This document shows, one piece after another, positions 1 through 9,610 of a stretch of DNA of 64,000 nt. The stretch lies in assembly GCA_963715195.1 (NCBI GenBank), contig CAVQRT010000003.1, positions 250,792 through 314,791 of the forward strand. Direction: 5' to 3'. Position 1 is the first letter of the stretch, and the number at the start of each line of letters is the position of its first letter. The translations under genes were made by a program, and so were the position numbers. This DNA is from Thermodesulfovibrionales bacterium. GTDB taxonomy: Bacteria > Nitrospirota > Thermodesulfovibrionia > Thermodesulfovibrionales > SM23-35. The notes beneath the pieces are model-generated. The model saw nothing but the letters and a program-made list of their open reading frames with translations, was not told the DNA's origin and did no database searches.

Positions 1-80
1 CATTCAGCAATGGCTTTATCGATCTGCCCGCGGGAAAGATATTTCTGTGCTTCTTTGATTATACTTGCTTTATCCGCCAT
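1..80 (-). CDS. N-terminal fragment of a probable tetratricopeptide-repeat protein (runs off the window)
   Basis: Manual translation from ATG at 80: MADKASIIKEAQKYLSRGQIDKAIAE..., a TPR-like helix pattern; divergent from rnr. Confidence 0.6.
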   Translation of the reverse strand, partial: MADKASIIKEAQKYLSRGQIDKAIAE

Positions 81-154
81 TTCAGGTATTATTGAAGGTA
101 TCACAATTGACTAAGCCTGTCAATAATATACGTCACCGGAGCGATAAAAATATC

Positions 155-2260
155 ATGGTAAATAAGGAAAGTATCCTTACTTTTTTCCGCACAAAAACAA
201 AAAGACCTGTAAGCTTCCGGGAGCTTATTTCGCTCATGGGGTTGAATCACAAAGAGGCACAGTCTGTCAGGAGAATACTGAAAACAGTGGTGAAATCAGG
301 AGAACTGGTTCAGACACGAAAAGGGCTCTATGGGCCCTCTGAAAATATGTGTCTCGTGCATGGCTATTTCGAGGCACACAGGGAAGGATATGGATTTGTG
401 ATCATGGAAAAGCCCGGCGAACGAGACTTGTTCATTCCTGCACGTGCGACAGGTGGGGCAATGCATCACGACAGAGTTCTGGTTCGCATCGAGAACTCAC
501 AGAAACGCGAAGGCAGCATCGTCAGGATTCTTGAGAGGGCGCACCAAAAAATAGCAGGCAAATTCGAAACTACGAGTACCGGCTTTTACGTGAAGCCAAA
601 GGACAAGTTAATCCCTTTCGAGCTTCCGGTGGCGCAGAGAGACCGGGCAGGAGCAAAGAACGGCGAGACAGTGATCGCCGGGATTATCTCGTATCCTTCC
701 GGGAGAAGACCTGCTGCCGCCAAAATACTGAAAATTCTGAACAAACCTGCAGACCCGAAGGCAGAGGTAGAGTCCATTATCGATGAATTTGACCTCCCGA
801 GAAAATTCCCTCGTCAGGTGCATGAGGAAGCACTCATGCTTGCAAAACAAAAAAGAGAGGCCTCACGAACAGGGAAGAAGCGGAGAGATTTGCGGTCTCT
901 TCCAACCGTTACCATTGACGGAGAGCGCGCAAAGGATTTTGACGATGCGGTTTCGATAAAAATATCTAAACACGGCTACACGCTCTATGTGCATATTGCC
1001 GATGTCGGCTTCTATGTCGACTGGAATTCCGCCGTCGATCTCGAAGCACGGCAGAGGGGAACGAGCGTTTACTTCCCGGACAGGGTTATCCCGATGCTCC
1101 CGAAAGAGCTCTCAGAAGACCTATGCAGCCTCAAACCTCACGAGGAACGACTTGCTGTAACTGTTGAGCTTGACTTTGACAGGCTTGGAACGAGACTCGG
1201 CTCAAAATTATATCCGAGCGTCATTACAAGTGATGAGAGAATGACATACACATCGATAAAGAAGATACTTATCGATAACGATCCGCGCGAGCGAAACAGA
1301 TATGATCACCTTCTCCAGGACTTCGAATTCATGGGTGAATTATGCGGCATTCTCAGAAACAGAAGACTTGAGCGGGGAAGCTTGGATTTCGACCTCCCTG
1401 AACCTGAAGTTCTTCTGGACATACAGGGTGCTCCTGAAGCCATACTGCGTGCTGAGAGAAATTATGCGCATATGATCGTCGAGGAATTCATGATCGCGGC
1501 AAATGAGGCTGTTGCGGAGCATCTTGAGGCGCGCGGTGTGCCAATTCTCTACAGAATCCACGAAGAACCGGACCCGATGAAACTGGAGGATATCGCCAGA
1601 GTCATGAAATCCATCCTCCCAATGAAACATCCTCTCATCAGAACAAGAGACTTTCCCGATATCCTGAGGAAGGTGAAGGGCAAGCCGGAGGAGGAAATTA
1701 TTCATTACATGGTGCTGCGAAGCCTCAAACAGGCACGCTATTCGCCGGTTAATGTCGGGCATTTCGGCCTTGCATCAAAGTGTTACGCACATTTTACCTC
1801 GCCGATCAGGAGGTATCCGGACCTCATTGTCCACAGGATTTTACGCGAGGTTCTGCAGAAGAGACACATGCCGGAGAAACGCATTCAGGAGCTGCGCCAT
1901 GTTCTCCCTGATATGGCATACCATTCCTCCCGGATGGAACGCCACGCCGATCAGGCAGAATATAAGGTCATAGACGCAATGAGGGCATGGTTTATGAAGG
2001 ACAGGGTGGGAGAGGAATTTGAGGCAAAAATCGTGAGTATTACTCCCCATGGATTAAAAGTGAGATTGAAGGATTTCTATGTCGAAGGATTTCTGCACGT
2101 CTCATACATGACAGATGACTTCTATCAGTTTGATGAACGTCAAATGAAACTCATCGGCCGCAACACAAGACGTTCATTTTCGATCGGGAAAGACGTCCGG
2201 GTGAGAGTTGAAAGGGTTGACATGGAAGAGAGGGAAATCATACTGGATATCATAAAATAA
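155..2260 (+). CDS. rnr: Ribonuclease R
   Basis: N-terminal HTH, cold-shock domains (GYGFV), RNB motifs TIDGERAKDFDDA and HFTSPIRRYPD, C-terminal S1; ATG at 155 preferred. Confidence 0.95.
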   Translation: MVNKESILTFFRTKTKRPVSFRELISLMGLNHKEAQSVRRILKTVVKSGELVQTRKGLYGPSENMCLVHGYFEAHREGYGFVIMEKPGERDLFIPARATGGAMHHDRVLVRIENSQKREGSIVRILERAHQKIAGKFETTSTGFYVKPKDKLIPFELPVAQRDRAGAKNGETVIAGIISYPSGRRPAAAKILKILNKPADPKAEVESIIDEFDLPRKFPRQVHEEALMLAKQKREASRTGKKRRDLRSLPTVTIDGERAKDFDDAVSIKISKHGYTLYVHIADVGFYVDWNSAVDLEARQRGTSVYFPDRVIPMLPKELSEDLCSLKPHEERLAVTVELDFDRLGTRLGSKLYPSVITSDERMTYTSIKKILIDNDPRERNRYDHLLQDFEFMGELCGILRNRRLERGSLDFDLPEPEVLLDIQGAPEAILRAERNYAHMIVEEFMIAANEAVAEHLEARGVPILYRIHEEPDPMKLEDIARVMKSILPMKHPLIRTRDFPDILRKVKGKPEEEIIHYMVLRSLKQARYSPVNVGHFGLASKCYAHFTSPIRRYPDLIVHRILREVLQKRHMPEKRIQELRHVLPDMAYHSSRMERHADQAEYKVIDAMRAWFMKDRVGEEFEAKIVSITPHGLKVRLKDFYVEGFLHVSYMTDDFYQFDERQMKLIGRNTRRSFSIGKDVRVRVERVDMEEREIILDIIK

Positions 2261-2262
2261 GG

Positions 2263-2450
2263 AAGGGTTCAAGGATTCGAGGGGCCGAGGATTCAAGTAA
2301 CAAATTCAAAAAAAGACATTGAAGATGGTATACGCTCCCGTATCGTAGAAAAGAGATGAGATTACGATGACGTATTCGTAATCTATTGGTTTAAAAAATT
2401 ATTATCATTCGTATCCCTGACCCCTTGGATCCTCAAATCCTTGAATCCTG
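2263..2450. repeat. Inverted pair of 8-mer tandem arrays (consensus RAGGATTC) in the rnr-mazG intergenic region
   Basis: aagggttc-aaggattc-gaggggcc-gaggattc at 2263-2294; reverse complement of 2419-2450 reads caggattc-aaggattt-gaggatcc-aaggggtc. Confidence 0.8.
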
Positions 2451-2460
2451 TTTTTAAAGT

Positions 2461-3234
2461 ATGGAATTTCAGGAATTGCTACATATCTTGGAAAAGCTCC
2501 GGAGCGAGGAAGGATGCCCGTGGGACAGGGTGCAGACCAGGGAATCCCTCAAGCCCTATATCATCGAAGAGGCCTATGAGCTTATTGAGGCAATTGAAGA
2601 AAACGACCGCGAAAAAATAAAAGAGGAACTTGGTGACCTTCTCTTCCAGATCGCCTTTCAGTGCCAGATTGCGCGAGAGAAGGAAGAATTCACAATGTCC
2701 GATGTCATCCAGGGAATCGGGACAAAAATGGTTGGTCGGCATCCGCATGTATTCGGCAATACCGAATGCAGGACCCCCGATGACGTCGTAAGGCAGTGGG
2801 AAGTGTTGAAGAAACGGGAGGGTAAACTCCGTGACTCAATCCTCGAAGGAGTGCCGCGGGCAATGTCCTCCCTGCTCAGGGCTCACCGGTTACAAAAAAG
2901 GGCTGCTCAGGTCGGATTCGACTGGGAAAAGGTTGAGGATGTCTTAAAAAAAGTCGATGAGGAGATGTGTGAACTGAAAGAAGCCCTGCATTCTGGCAGG
3001 AGAGAAGAAATGGAGGATGAGCTTGGAGACATTTTCTTCATGCTCGTGAATCTTTCACGGTTCATCGGCGTCAACCCTGAAGACGCACACCGCAAAACCA
3101 TCAGCAAATTTATCCACCGTTTCCGTTATATCGAAATGAAGGCTGCGGAACAGGACAGACAGCTTTCAGAAATGACCCTTGAGGAAATGGACAGATTATG
3201 GGACGAGGCCAAAGAGAGAGAGGTAAAGGATTAA
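2461..3234 (+). CDS. mazG: Nucleoside triphosphate pyrophosphohydrolase MazG
   Basis: GCPWDRVQT, EELGDLLFQ, RHPHVFG, GFDW, ELGD motifs; two tandem MazG domains. Confidence 0.95.
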   Translation: MEFQELLHILEKLRSEEGCPWDRVQTRESLKPYIIEEAYELIEAIEENDREKIKEELGDLLFQIAFQCQIAREKEEFTMSDVIQGIGTKMVGRHPHVFGNTECRTPDDVVRQWEVLKKREGKLRDSILEGVPRAMSSLLRAHRLQKRAAQVGFDWEKVEDVLKKVDEEMCELKEALHSGRREEMEDELGDIFFMLVNLSRFIGVNPEDAHRKTISKFIHRFRYIEMKAAEQDRQLSEMTLEEMDRLWDEAKEREVKD

Positions 3235-3279
3235 GTCAATGCTATTACCCTGAGCAAAACAAAAGCTGCATGCAATAAT

Positions 3280-3355
3280 TGGCTCCTGGGGAGGGATTCG
3301 AACCCCCGACCAAGTGGTTAACAGCCACCCGCTCTGCCGGCTGAGCTACCCAGGA
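3280..3355 (-). tRNA. tRNA-Asn (GTT)
   Basis: Minus strand TCCTGGGTAGCTCAG...GGTGGCTGTTAACCACT...GGTTCGAATCC...CCAGGAGCCA; cloverleaf with encoded CCA. Confidence 0.96.
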
Positions 3356-3395
3356 ACAGATTATTTTTATATCAAATAGGAGAGCGCCTTGTCAA

Positions 3396-4472
3396 TCAAG
3401 CGTCAAGACTTAGTTCAGTCACAAACCTCGCAACGAGATCACCGACTTCGGTCGTCCCATAGCCCATCCTGCCCGCTGCAAGGCTCTTGAGATGTTTCCC
3501 CGTAACCTCTATCACTGCCTTTTCGAGGATATCTGCGGATTTCTGCTCACCGAACTGTTCGAGCATCATCCCACCTGCACAGATTGCTGCCAGAGGGTTC
3601 ACAACATTCTGTCCGGTATATTTCGGAGCGGAACCACCGATTGGCTCGAACATTGAGACGCCCCCGGGATTGATGTTTCCCCCTGCGGCAATGCCCATGC
3701 CACCCTGGATCATGGCACCCAGATCAGTGATGATGTCCCCGAACATGTTGTCCGTCACAATAACATCGAACCACTCAGGGTTCTTCACAAACCACATCGT
3801 TGTTGCATCAACATGCGCATAATCAACCGCGATATCCGGATATTCCTTGGCAACTTCATAAAAGACCCTTTCCCAGAGGTCAAAAGCGAACGTCAAAACA
3901 TTCGTCTTCCCGCAGAGGGTAAGTTTCCTGAGTTTATTTCTCTTTCTGCAGTATTCGAAGGCGAACCGTATACAGCGTTCGACACCCTTCCGCGTGTTGA
4001 TTGATTCCTGCACTGCGACTTCATCAGGGGTGCCTTTCTTCAGCACCCCTCCTGCTCCCGCATAGAGGCCCTCGGTGTTTTCCCTCACAACAACGAGATC
4101 GATATTCTCAGGTTTTTTGTTCTTGAGCGGACAATCAACGCCCGGGTACAGCTTGACGGGTCTTAAATTGATATACTGATCAAGCTCAAATCGTAATCTC
4201 AGGAGGATCCCTTTCTCAAGGATTCCCGGTTTTACATCAGGATGCCCTATGGCACCGAGGTAGATAGCATCAAATGTTCTCAATTCATCTACTGCACCGT
4301 CAGGGAGTATTTCACCGGTTCTCAGGTACCGGGCACCGCCAAAATCGTATTCGTGAAAGTTGAAAGCAATGCCGAATCGCGAAGATATTGCCTCCAGCAC
4401 TTTGATGCCCTCCCGGATGACTTCCGGTCCGGTTCCGTCACCGGGAATCACTGCGATGTTATATGACCGCAT
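3396..4472 (-). CDS. leuB: 3-isopropylmalate dehydrogenase
   Basis: GDGTGPE, NLRPVK, VRENTEGLY, NMFGDIITD, FEPIGGSAP motifs; downstream of leuD. Confidence 0.9.
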   Translation of the reverse strand: MRSYNIAVIPGDGTGPEVIREGIKVLEAISSRFGIAFNFHEYDFGGARYLRTGEILPDGAVDELRTFDAIYLGAIGHPDVKPGILEKGILLRLRFELDQYINLRPVKLYPGVDCPLKNKKPENIDLVVVRENTEGLYAGAGGVLKKGTPDEVAVQESINTRKGVERCIRFAFEYCRKRNKLRKLTLCGKTNVLTFAFDLWERVFYEVAKEYPDIAVDYAHVDATTMWFVKNPEWFDVIVTDNMFGDIITDLGAMIQGGMGIAAGGNINPGGVSMFEPIGGSAPKYTGQNVVNPLAAICAGGMMLEQFGEQKSADILEKAVIEVTGKHLKSLAAGRMGYGTTEVGDLVARFVTELSLDA

Positions 4473-4498
4473 CCACAGTTCTCCTGTCTATTTTCTCT

Positions 4499-5011
4499 CT
4501 ATGTATCATTTCTTACTTCTGTTCCTAATTTTCTCTTCGTCCATGCAATGAGCCCTCCGGCATCGATCAACTCCTGCATGAATGGTGGAATGGGGTTTGC
4601 CTTGTAAGCCTCCTTCGTTATCAGATTCCTGATGATGCCTTCATTGGCCTCAATCTCCACCTCATCATTTTCCTTGATCTTCTCCGATGCTTCGGTTGAT
4701 TCGAAGATGGGCAGCCCGATATTAAATGCATTGCGATAGAATATCCGCGCGAAGCTTTTTGCAATCACAGCCTGAATTCCCGCAGCCTTTATTGCGATGG
4801 GAGCATGTTCCCGTGATGAACCACATCCGAAATTTTTACCGGCGACAAGAATATCACCTGATTGAACCTTGCCCGGGAACTCCTTATCAGCATCCTCCAT
4901 CACATGCCTGGCAAGCTCCTCCGGCTCAGAAGTGTTCAAATACCGTGCCGGTATAATCGCGTCTGTGTCAATATCATTTCCAAACTTCCACACTCTGCCC
5001 TTTAGCAGCAT
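4499..5011 (-). CDS. leuD: 3-isopropylmalate dehydratase small subunit
   Basis: [38 protein letters not shown]. Confidence 0.93.
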   Translation of the reverse strand: MLLKGRVWKFGNDIDTDAIIPARYLNTSEPEELARHVMEDADKEFPGKVQSGDILVAGKNFGCGSSREHAPIAIKAAGIQAVIAKSFARIFYRNAFNIGLPIFESTEASEKIKENDEVEIEANEGIIRNLITKEAYKANPIPPFMQELIDAGGLIAWTKRKLGTEVRNDT

Positions 5012-5147
5012 TTCTCCTCCGTATTACCTGGTAAAAACTGACAGCTATTATAGGAGATTCTTCGCTTTATTAACAAGTCAGAGCCGAATCTGCGTGCGTG
5101 AAGAATGCTTACATAAATGGAATCGGGTGCGAATTTTTGATAGAGTA

Positions 5148-6227
5148 ATGAACATGATAGAGGTCGACGGCAGTTTCAGGGAAGGCGGCGGGCAGATCCT
5201 CCGGACCGCACTGAGCCTCTCCTGCCTTCTGCAAAAGCCGTTCAAGATATATGACATCCGGAGAGGGCGCAGAAAACCGGGCCTTATGCCGCAGCATCTT
5301 GCCTGTGTCCGTGCAGCCAAACTCATCTCGAATGCACATGTCACTGGTGATATAATAGGTTCTGCTGAATTGTTTTTCTCACCGGGTAAGGTAAAGAGCG
5401 GGGATTATCTTTTTGATATCGGAACCGCCGGTTCTACATCCCTCGTTTTACAGACCATCATCCCCGCAGTACTTTTATCGAAAGTCGAAAAGACCACCAT
5501 AACACTCATCGGTGGGACCCACGTTCCTTTCAGTCCGTGTTTTCATTATCTCGCAAATGTTTTTTCTGCGATGTTGAAGCTCATAGGAATTGATCTAACC
5601 CTTTCTATAGTTTCATACGGGTTTTACCCAAAGGGAGGCGGAAAAATCAGTGCTGTAGTAAATCCATCAGAAGAAATCAGACCGTTAAGAGTCATCAAAA
5701 GGGGCAATCTTGAACGCCTGGCAGTGATATCCGGTGTCGGTAATCTCCCGTTATCAATAGCGGAGAGGCAGAAAGATGGTTTTTTCAGGAAGTTCCGAGC
5801 TTTCATGACGGACAGTATATGTCCTGTTGGTTTTGAAATAATGAATGTATCAACCCCCGGCCAGGGGACCTTTTGCTTTCTTCATGCAGAATCAGCAGAA
5901 TCGCTCGCAGGCTTTACAACGCTCGGAGCGAGAGGGAAAAAAGCCGAGCTTGTCGGACAAGAGGCTGCAGAAGAATTTCGTGATTATTATTTTACCGGCT
6001 CAGCACTTGACCCTCATTTATCAGACCAGATTATTCTATATCTTGCGATGTGCGGAGAAGAATCAGTATTTTCCACTTCCCGTATTACCGAACATCTGCT
6101 GACAAACCTGCGGGTGATAGGATTATTCCATAAATATTCTTATGAGGTTAGAGGTGAGCATGGCAAACCAGGGACTGTTCGAATCAATCCGTCCAGCAAT
6201 AATATGGAAGACATCTATATGGAATAA
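5148..6227 (+). CDS. rtcA: RNA 3'-terminal phosphate cyclase
   Basis: DGSFREGGGQILRTALSLS, PGLMPQHL, GTAGS, GGTHVP, GFYPKGGG, DPHLSDQ; start at 5148 or 5154, not 4869. Confidence 0.93.
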   Translation: MNMIEVDGSFREGGGQILRTALSLSCLLQKPFKIYDIRRGRRKPGLMPQHLACVRAAKLISNAHVTGDIIGSAELFFSPGKVKSGDYLFDIGTAGSTSLVLQTIIPAVLLSKVEKTTITLIGGTHVPFSPCFHYLANVFSAMLKLIGIDLTLSIVSYGFYPKGGGKISAVVNPSEEIRPLRVIKRGNLERLAVISGVGNLPLSIAERQKDGFFRKFRAFMTDSICPVGFEIMNVSTPGQGTFCFLHAESAESLAGFTTLGARGKKAELVGQEAAEEFRDYYFTGSALDPHLSDQIILYLAMCGEESVFSTSRITEHLLTNLRVIGLFHKYSYEVRGEHGKPGTVRINPSSNNMEDIYME

Positions 6228-6250
6228 TGTCAGGCATATGCGCCTGACAT
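6227..6250. terminator. Hairpin between convergent rtcA and thioesterase genes (probable bidirectional terminator)
   Basis: atgtcaggc-atatgc-gcctgacat, perfect 9-bp stem. Confidence 0.6.
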
Positions 6251-6273
6251 ATAATGTATCCTTGGGTTACTAC

Positions 6274-6687
6274 CTATAAACATTTTTCTTTTATCGGCAA
6301 GAGCCGTGTGAACTCCTCAGGCAACCTCTGTGGTTTCCCGTCTTTTCCGATACAGGCAAGCCTCACGTTCGCCTCCACCAAAAGGGTTTCCCCCCGGAAA
6401 ATGCGGTGACTGAGGGTTATGGTGACATTTGTAACATCTTGTACTTCTGTTGTAACATCAATGAGATCCCCGAGAACCGCCGGTTTTTTATACTGAACGT
6501 CAACATTTACGACTGCAAAAAGGTATCCTTTCGCGTGATAGCTTGAGACATCGATTCCTCTTTCAGCCAGCAATTCAGTCCTTGCACGTTCCATGTACCT
6601 CAGATAGTTTGCATAATAGACGACTCCCCCTGCATCGGTGTCTTCGTAATAGATCTTAACGTTATGATGGTGAACCATGATTTTCAC
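6274..6687 (-). CDS. YbgC/FadM-family acyl-CoA thioesterase
   Basis: IYYEDTDAGGVVYYANYLRYMERARTE hot-dog-fold signature. Confidence 0.9.
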   Translation of the reverse strand: MKIMVHHHNVKIYYEDTDAGGVVYYANYLRYMERARTELLAERGIDVSSYHAKGYLFAVVNVDVQYKKPAVLGDLIDVTTEVQDVTNVTITLSHRIFRGETLLVEANVRLACIGKDGKPQRLPEEFTRLLPIKEKCL

Positions 6688-7319
6688 TATTTTGATTTCA
6701 GAATAATATATGTTGCCCCTAACCCTCCGTCATTATACCTTGCAGTGGCATAAGCCAGAATCCACTTGCTGAATGACCTGTGGAGCAGCCGCTTCAGTGC
6801 TTCCTTGAGGACAGGCCCCTGAGGCGACCTGAGCCCCCTGCCATGAATCACCTTCAAACAGAAGAAACGTTTTTGAATCGCTTGCCTGAAAAAAAACGAC
6901 AAAGCTTCTTCAGCCTCGATGAGCGTCATGCCATGGAGGTCGATTGTATCCTGAACAGAGTAATCCCCGCGGTGGAGTTTCTGTATAATATCTTTTCGCG
7001 TATGAGGCCTGACCCATGCGATATATTCAGCCGTATCAGAGAGCCTCATCTTTGTCTCTCCTCTCACAATGCGATTCAGGATATCAAGGGAATCATCCTT
7101 CTGACGCGGCAGCGGATCAACTTTTGTGCCATGTCCAGGTAAAATGTTCCTGAATTCCGGGATTTCCCTGACATCAGACATGGCTTCCCTGAATAACTCC
7201 TCGTCGGATTTCCCTTCTGCGACATCAGGCTCCTTGAGAGGAAAATGCCTGTTTTCGAGGACAGTCTTCAGCCCTTTGAAGGGTGTATGGGTAAGTTTTG
7301 ACATCCTCACCGTTCTCAT
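6687..7319 (-). CDS. Smr (small MutS-related) domain protein
   Basis: IDLHGMT, VIHGRGLRS, GPVLK, DGGLGATYIIL. Confidence 0.9.
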   Translation of the reverse strand: MRTVRMSKLTHTPFKGLKTVLENRHFPLKEPDVAEGKSDEELFREAMSDVREIPEFRNILPGHGTKVDPLPRQKDDSLDILNRIVRGETKMRLSDTAEYIAWVRPHTRKDIIQKLHRGDYSVQDTIDLHGMTLIEAEEALSFFFRQAIQKRFFCLKVIHGRGLRSPQGPVLKEALKRLLHRSFSKWILAYATARYNDGGLGATYIILKSK

Positions 7320-7413
7320 ACACTATTATAGTAAACTTGAGCAATATGACAAACGGTCCGGTACAATAGTATCATGCATACCAAAGTCTGTTTCAATATT
7401 CGGCCTCTTAGAT

Positions 7414-7512
7414 TGTCATTCCCGCTTGATGGGAATCGTTCTGTTTTCCCCGTCGAAAATGAGGATAAAAAGGGCTGGTTATAAAAAAGATTCCGGACAA
7501 GCCGGAATGACA
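7414..7512. repeat. TGTCATT-tagged palindromic REP-like doublet
   Basis: tgtcattcccgcttgatgggaatc ... gattccggacaagccggaatgaca; related copies at 48314, 51700-51974 and 54564. Confidence 0.8.
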
Positions 7513-7584
7513 GATTTGAAAATCTTAAATAAATTCCCAGACTTTTGAAATGATTCACATAAACATGCATTAAGAGGTTCATGA

Positions 7585-8835
7585 GTGAAATTTGACATTT
7601 TTCCATATCTGCAGGTCTTTCGCAGCCGGCGGATCGCTGTCATAACATTCCTCGGTTTTGCTTCCGGTCTTCCCCTTGCCCTCACCGGTGGAACCTTACA
7701 GGCATGGATGACTGTATCCGGTGTCGATCTTCGGACAATCGGGATATTTGGATTGGTGGGATTACCCTATACCTTGAAGTTTCTGTGGTCGCCTTTCATG
7801 GACCGTTTTATACCTCCCTGGCTCGGGAGACGGAGGGGATGGATAATCACCACGCAGATGTGTCTTGTTATCGGCATTTCAGCCATGGCTTACAGTTCAC
7901 CACAGCATGCCCCCTTCTTCCTTGCCATGCTCGCCCTGTTCGTGGCCTTTACCTCTGCATCTCAGGATATCGTGATCGACGCGTATCGCACTGATATCCT
8001 TCGTGAGCAGGAGCGCGGCTTTGGCGCTGCTGTATTCGTGACAGGCTACAGGATTGCGGCGCTTGTTTCAGGGGCTCTCGCGCTCATCCTTTCCGACCGC
8101 ATCGGCTGGCAAAACACCTATTTACTTATGGCCGGGATAATGGGTATCGGGATTGTATCAACTCTTCTCGGCCCGGAACCTGAGGGGAATTCAACCCACC
8201 CGGGAAGCATGAAAGAAGCGATTTGGGGCCCGATGAAAGATTATTTTTCGAGGAATGCAGCCCTTTTGCTCCTGCTTCTCATTATCCTGTATAAACTGGG
8301 AGATGCATATGCAGGAACCCTCACGACTGCATTTCTCCTCAAAGGTCCCGGTTTTTCAGCAAGCGAGGTCGGAACCATCAACAAGGGGCTCGGTTTTGCC
8401 TCGGTTATCATCGGGGCACTGATCGGCGGAACTCTGATGATCCGGCTTGGTCTCTTCCGCGCTTTACTCATCTTCGGAATACTCCAGGCGGTATCCAACC
8501 TTTCTTTTATGCTTCTTGCCTTAACAGGTAAAAATTATGGAGTGCTCATCTTCACCGTGGCCTTCGAAAATCTGACCGGCGGCATGGGAACTTCCGCCTT
8601 CGTTTCCCTTCTCATGGCAATGTGCAACCATCGTTATACTGCAACGCAATACGCACTCCTGTCTTCCCTTGCGGCGCTCGGGCGTATTTTCATATCACCC
8701 ACATCCGGGTTTCTGGTGGAATCAGTCGGCTGGGCTTACTTCTTTTTTACGACCTTCCTCGTCGCCTTGCCCGGTTTGTTGCTCCTCTGGTGGCTTAGAG
8801 ATGTAATTACAGGACTGAAAACTCAGGTTGATTGA
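7585..8835 (+). CDS. ampG: AmpG muropeptide MFS permease
   Basis: LGFASGLPLAL, KFLWSP, GRRRGW, SASQDIVIDAYR, TATQYALLSSL. Confidence 0.93.
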   Translation: MKFDIFPYLQVFRSRRIAVITFLGFASGLPLALTGGTLQAWMTVSGVDLRTIGIFGLVGLPYTLKFLWSPFMDRFIPPWLGRRRGWIITTQMCLVIGISAMAYSSPQHAPFFLAMLALFVAFTSASQDIVIDAYRTDILREQERGFGAAVFVTGYRIAALVSGALALILSDRIGWQNTYLLMAGIMGIGIVSTLLGPEPEGNSTHPGSMKEAIWGPMKDYFSRNAALLLLLLIILYKLGDAYAGTLTTAFLLKGPGFSASEVGTINKGLGFASVIIGALIGGTLMIRLGLFRALLIFGILQAVSNLSFMLLALTGKNYGVLIFTVAFENLTGGMGTSAFVSLLMAMCNHRYTATQYALLSSLAALGRIFISPTSGFLVESVGWAYFFFTTFLVALPGLLLLWWLRDVITGLKTQVD

Positions 8836-8839
8836 TGAG

Positions 8840-9577
8840 CTATTGCTGCACCTTAGGCCTGAACACAACGATTCCCGGCTTTCCCGCGACATACTCCCTG
8901 AAATCCTGATCAACCACTTTTCTGTACTCGGGCTGTGAGGATGCGTGCCTGAAATATTCGATGTCGTCATGCCTGATGATAAACCCTGCGTGGGAAACAT
9001 CCAGACCATTCACATGAGAAAATATCCCGATGTAATCACCAGATTTGAATTTATCGATCACCTCTCTGTCAACCGCCTCAGAAGGGATATAACTGATGTC
9101 GCGGATCACGGGCTGAATCCCCTGCAAAAAAGATGTCCCGTCTTCCTTTTCATTTAATTTTTTACGGACACAGACTGTCCTTTTTCCTCCGACGCGGTCT
9201 GTAATATCCTCAACATAATCTGCATTGTTTTCCTTCCAGTCGGTAAAAAAATGGTTGCGTGCATAAAAATCAATAATCCCTGATTTGTACCTCACCTTTT
9301 TCAGATGTGCCAAGAACTCAGAGAAGGATGATGAAAGGCGCATCGCTTCAATGTACTCAATAAAGGTCATGCAATCGACCCTTTGCAGATTGACAACAAA
9401 AACCTCACGCGTGTTGCTATCACCTATAAGGGTCGATCCGGAATAGCCAGCACCAAGAAAATGATCCGAGAGAAACTGTATGCGTGCACCGGCATCTTCC
9501 ATATCAGACGCCGTTCTCATGATATGTTCCAATTCTGCAAAGGTATGATTGCCCGGGATTATTTGTTGCCGGTTCAT
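8840..9577 (-). CDS. DUF1460 (AmiA-like, NlpC/P60-fold) N-acetylmuramoyl-L-alanine amidase-like protein
   Basis: VDCMTFIEY, RNHFFTDW, GLDVSHAG, HASS motifs; no signal peptide visible. Confidence 0.85.
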   Translation of the reverse strand: MNRQQIIPGNHTFAELEHIMRTASDMEDAGARIQFLSDHFLGAGYSGSTLIGDSNTREVFVVNLQRVDCMTFIEYIEAMRLSSSFSEFLAHLKKVRYKSGIIDFYARNHFFTDWKENNADYVEDITDRVGGKRTVCVRKKLNEKEDGTSFLQGIQPVIRDISYIPSEAVDREVIDKFKSGDYIGIFSHVNGLDVSHAGFIIRHDDIEYFRHASSQPEYRKVVDQDFREYVAGKPGIVVFRPKVQQ

Positions 9578-9610
9578 GATTCATTTATAATAAACCGGGT
9601 GCTGCATGAA

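Noticed and set aside
2263..2450. CRISPR array (here or in the 51.6-52.0 kb repeats)
   Set aside because: No constant repeat with regular unique spacers, and no cas genes in the window.
4869..5147. N-terminal extensions in the ORF track for rtcA (also rnr, nagA, rfbD, tolB)
   Set aside because: They overlap neighbouring genes; family similarity begins at downstream ATGs.
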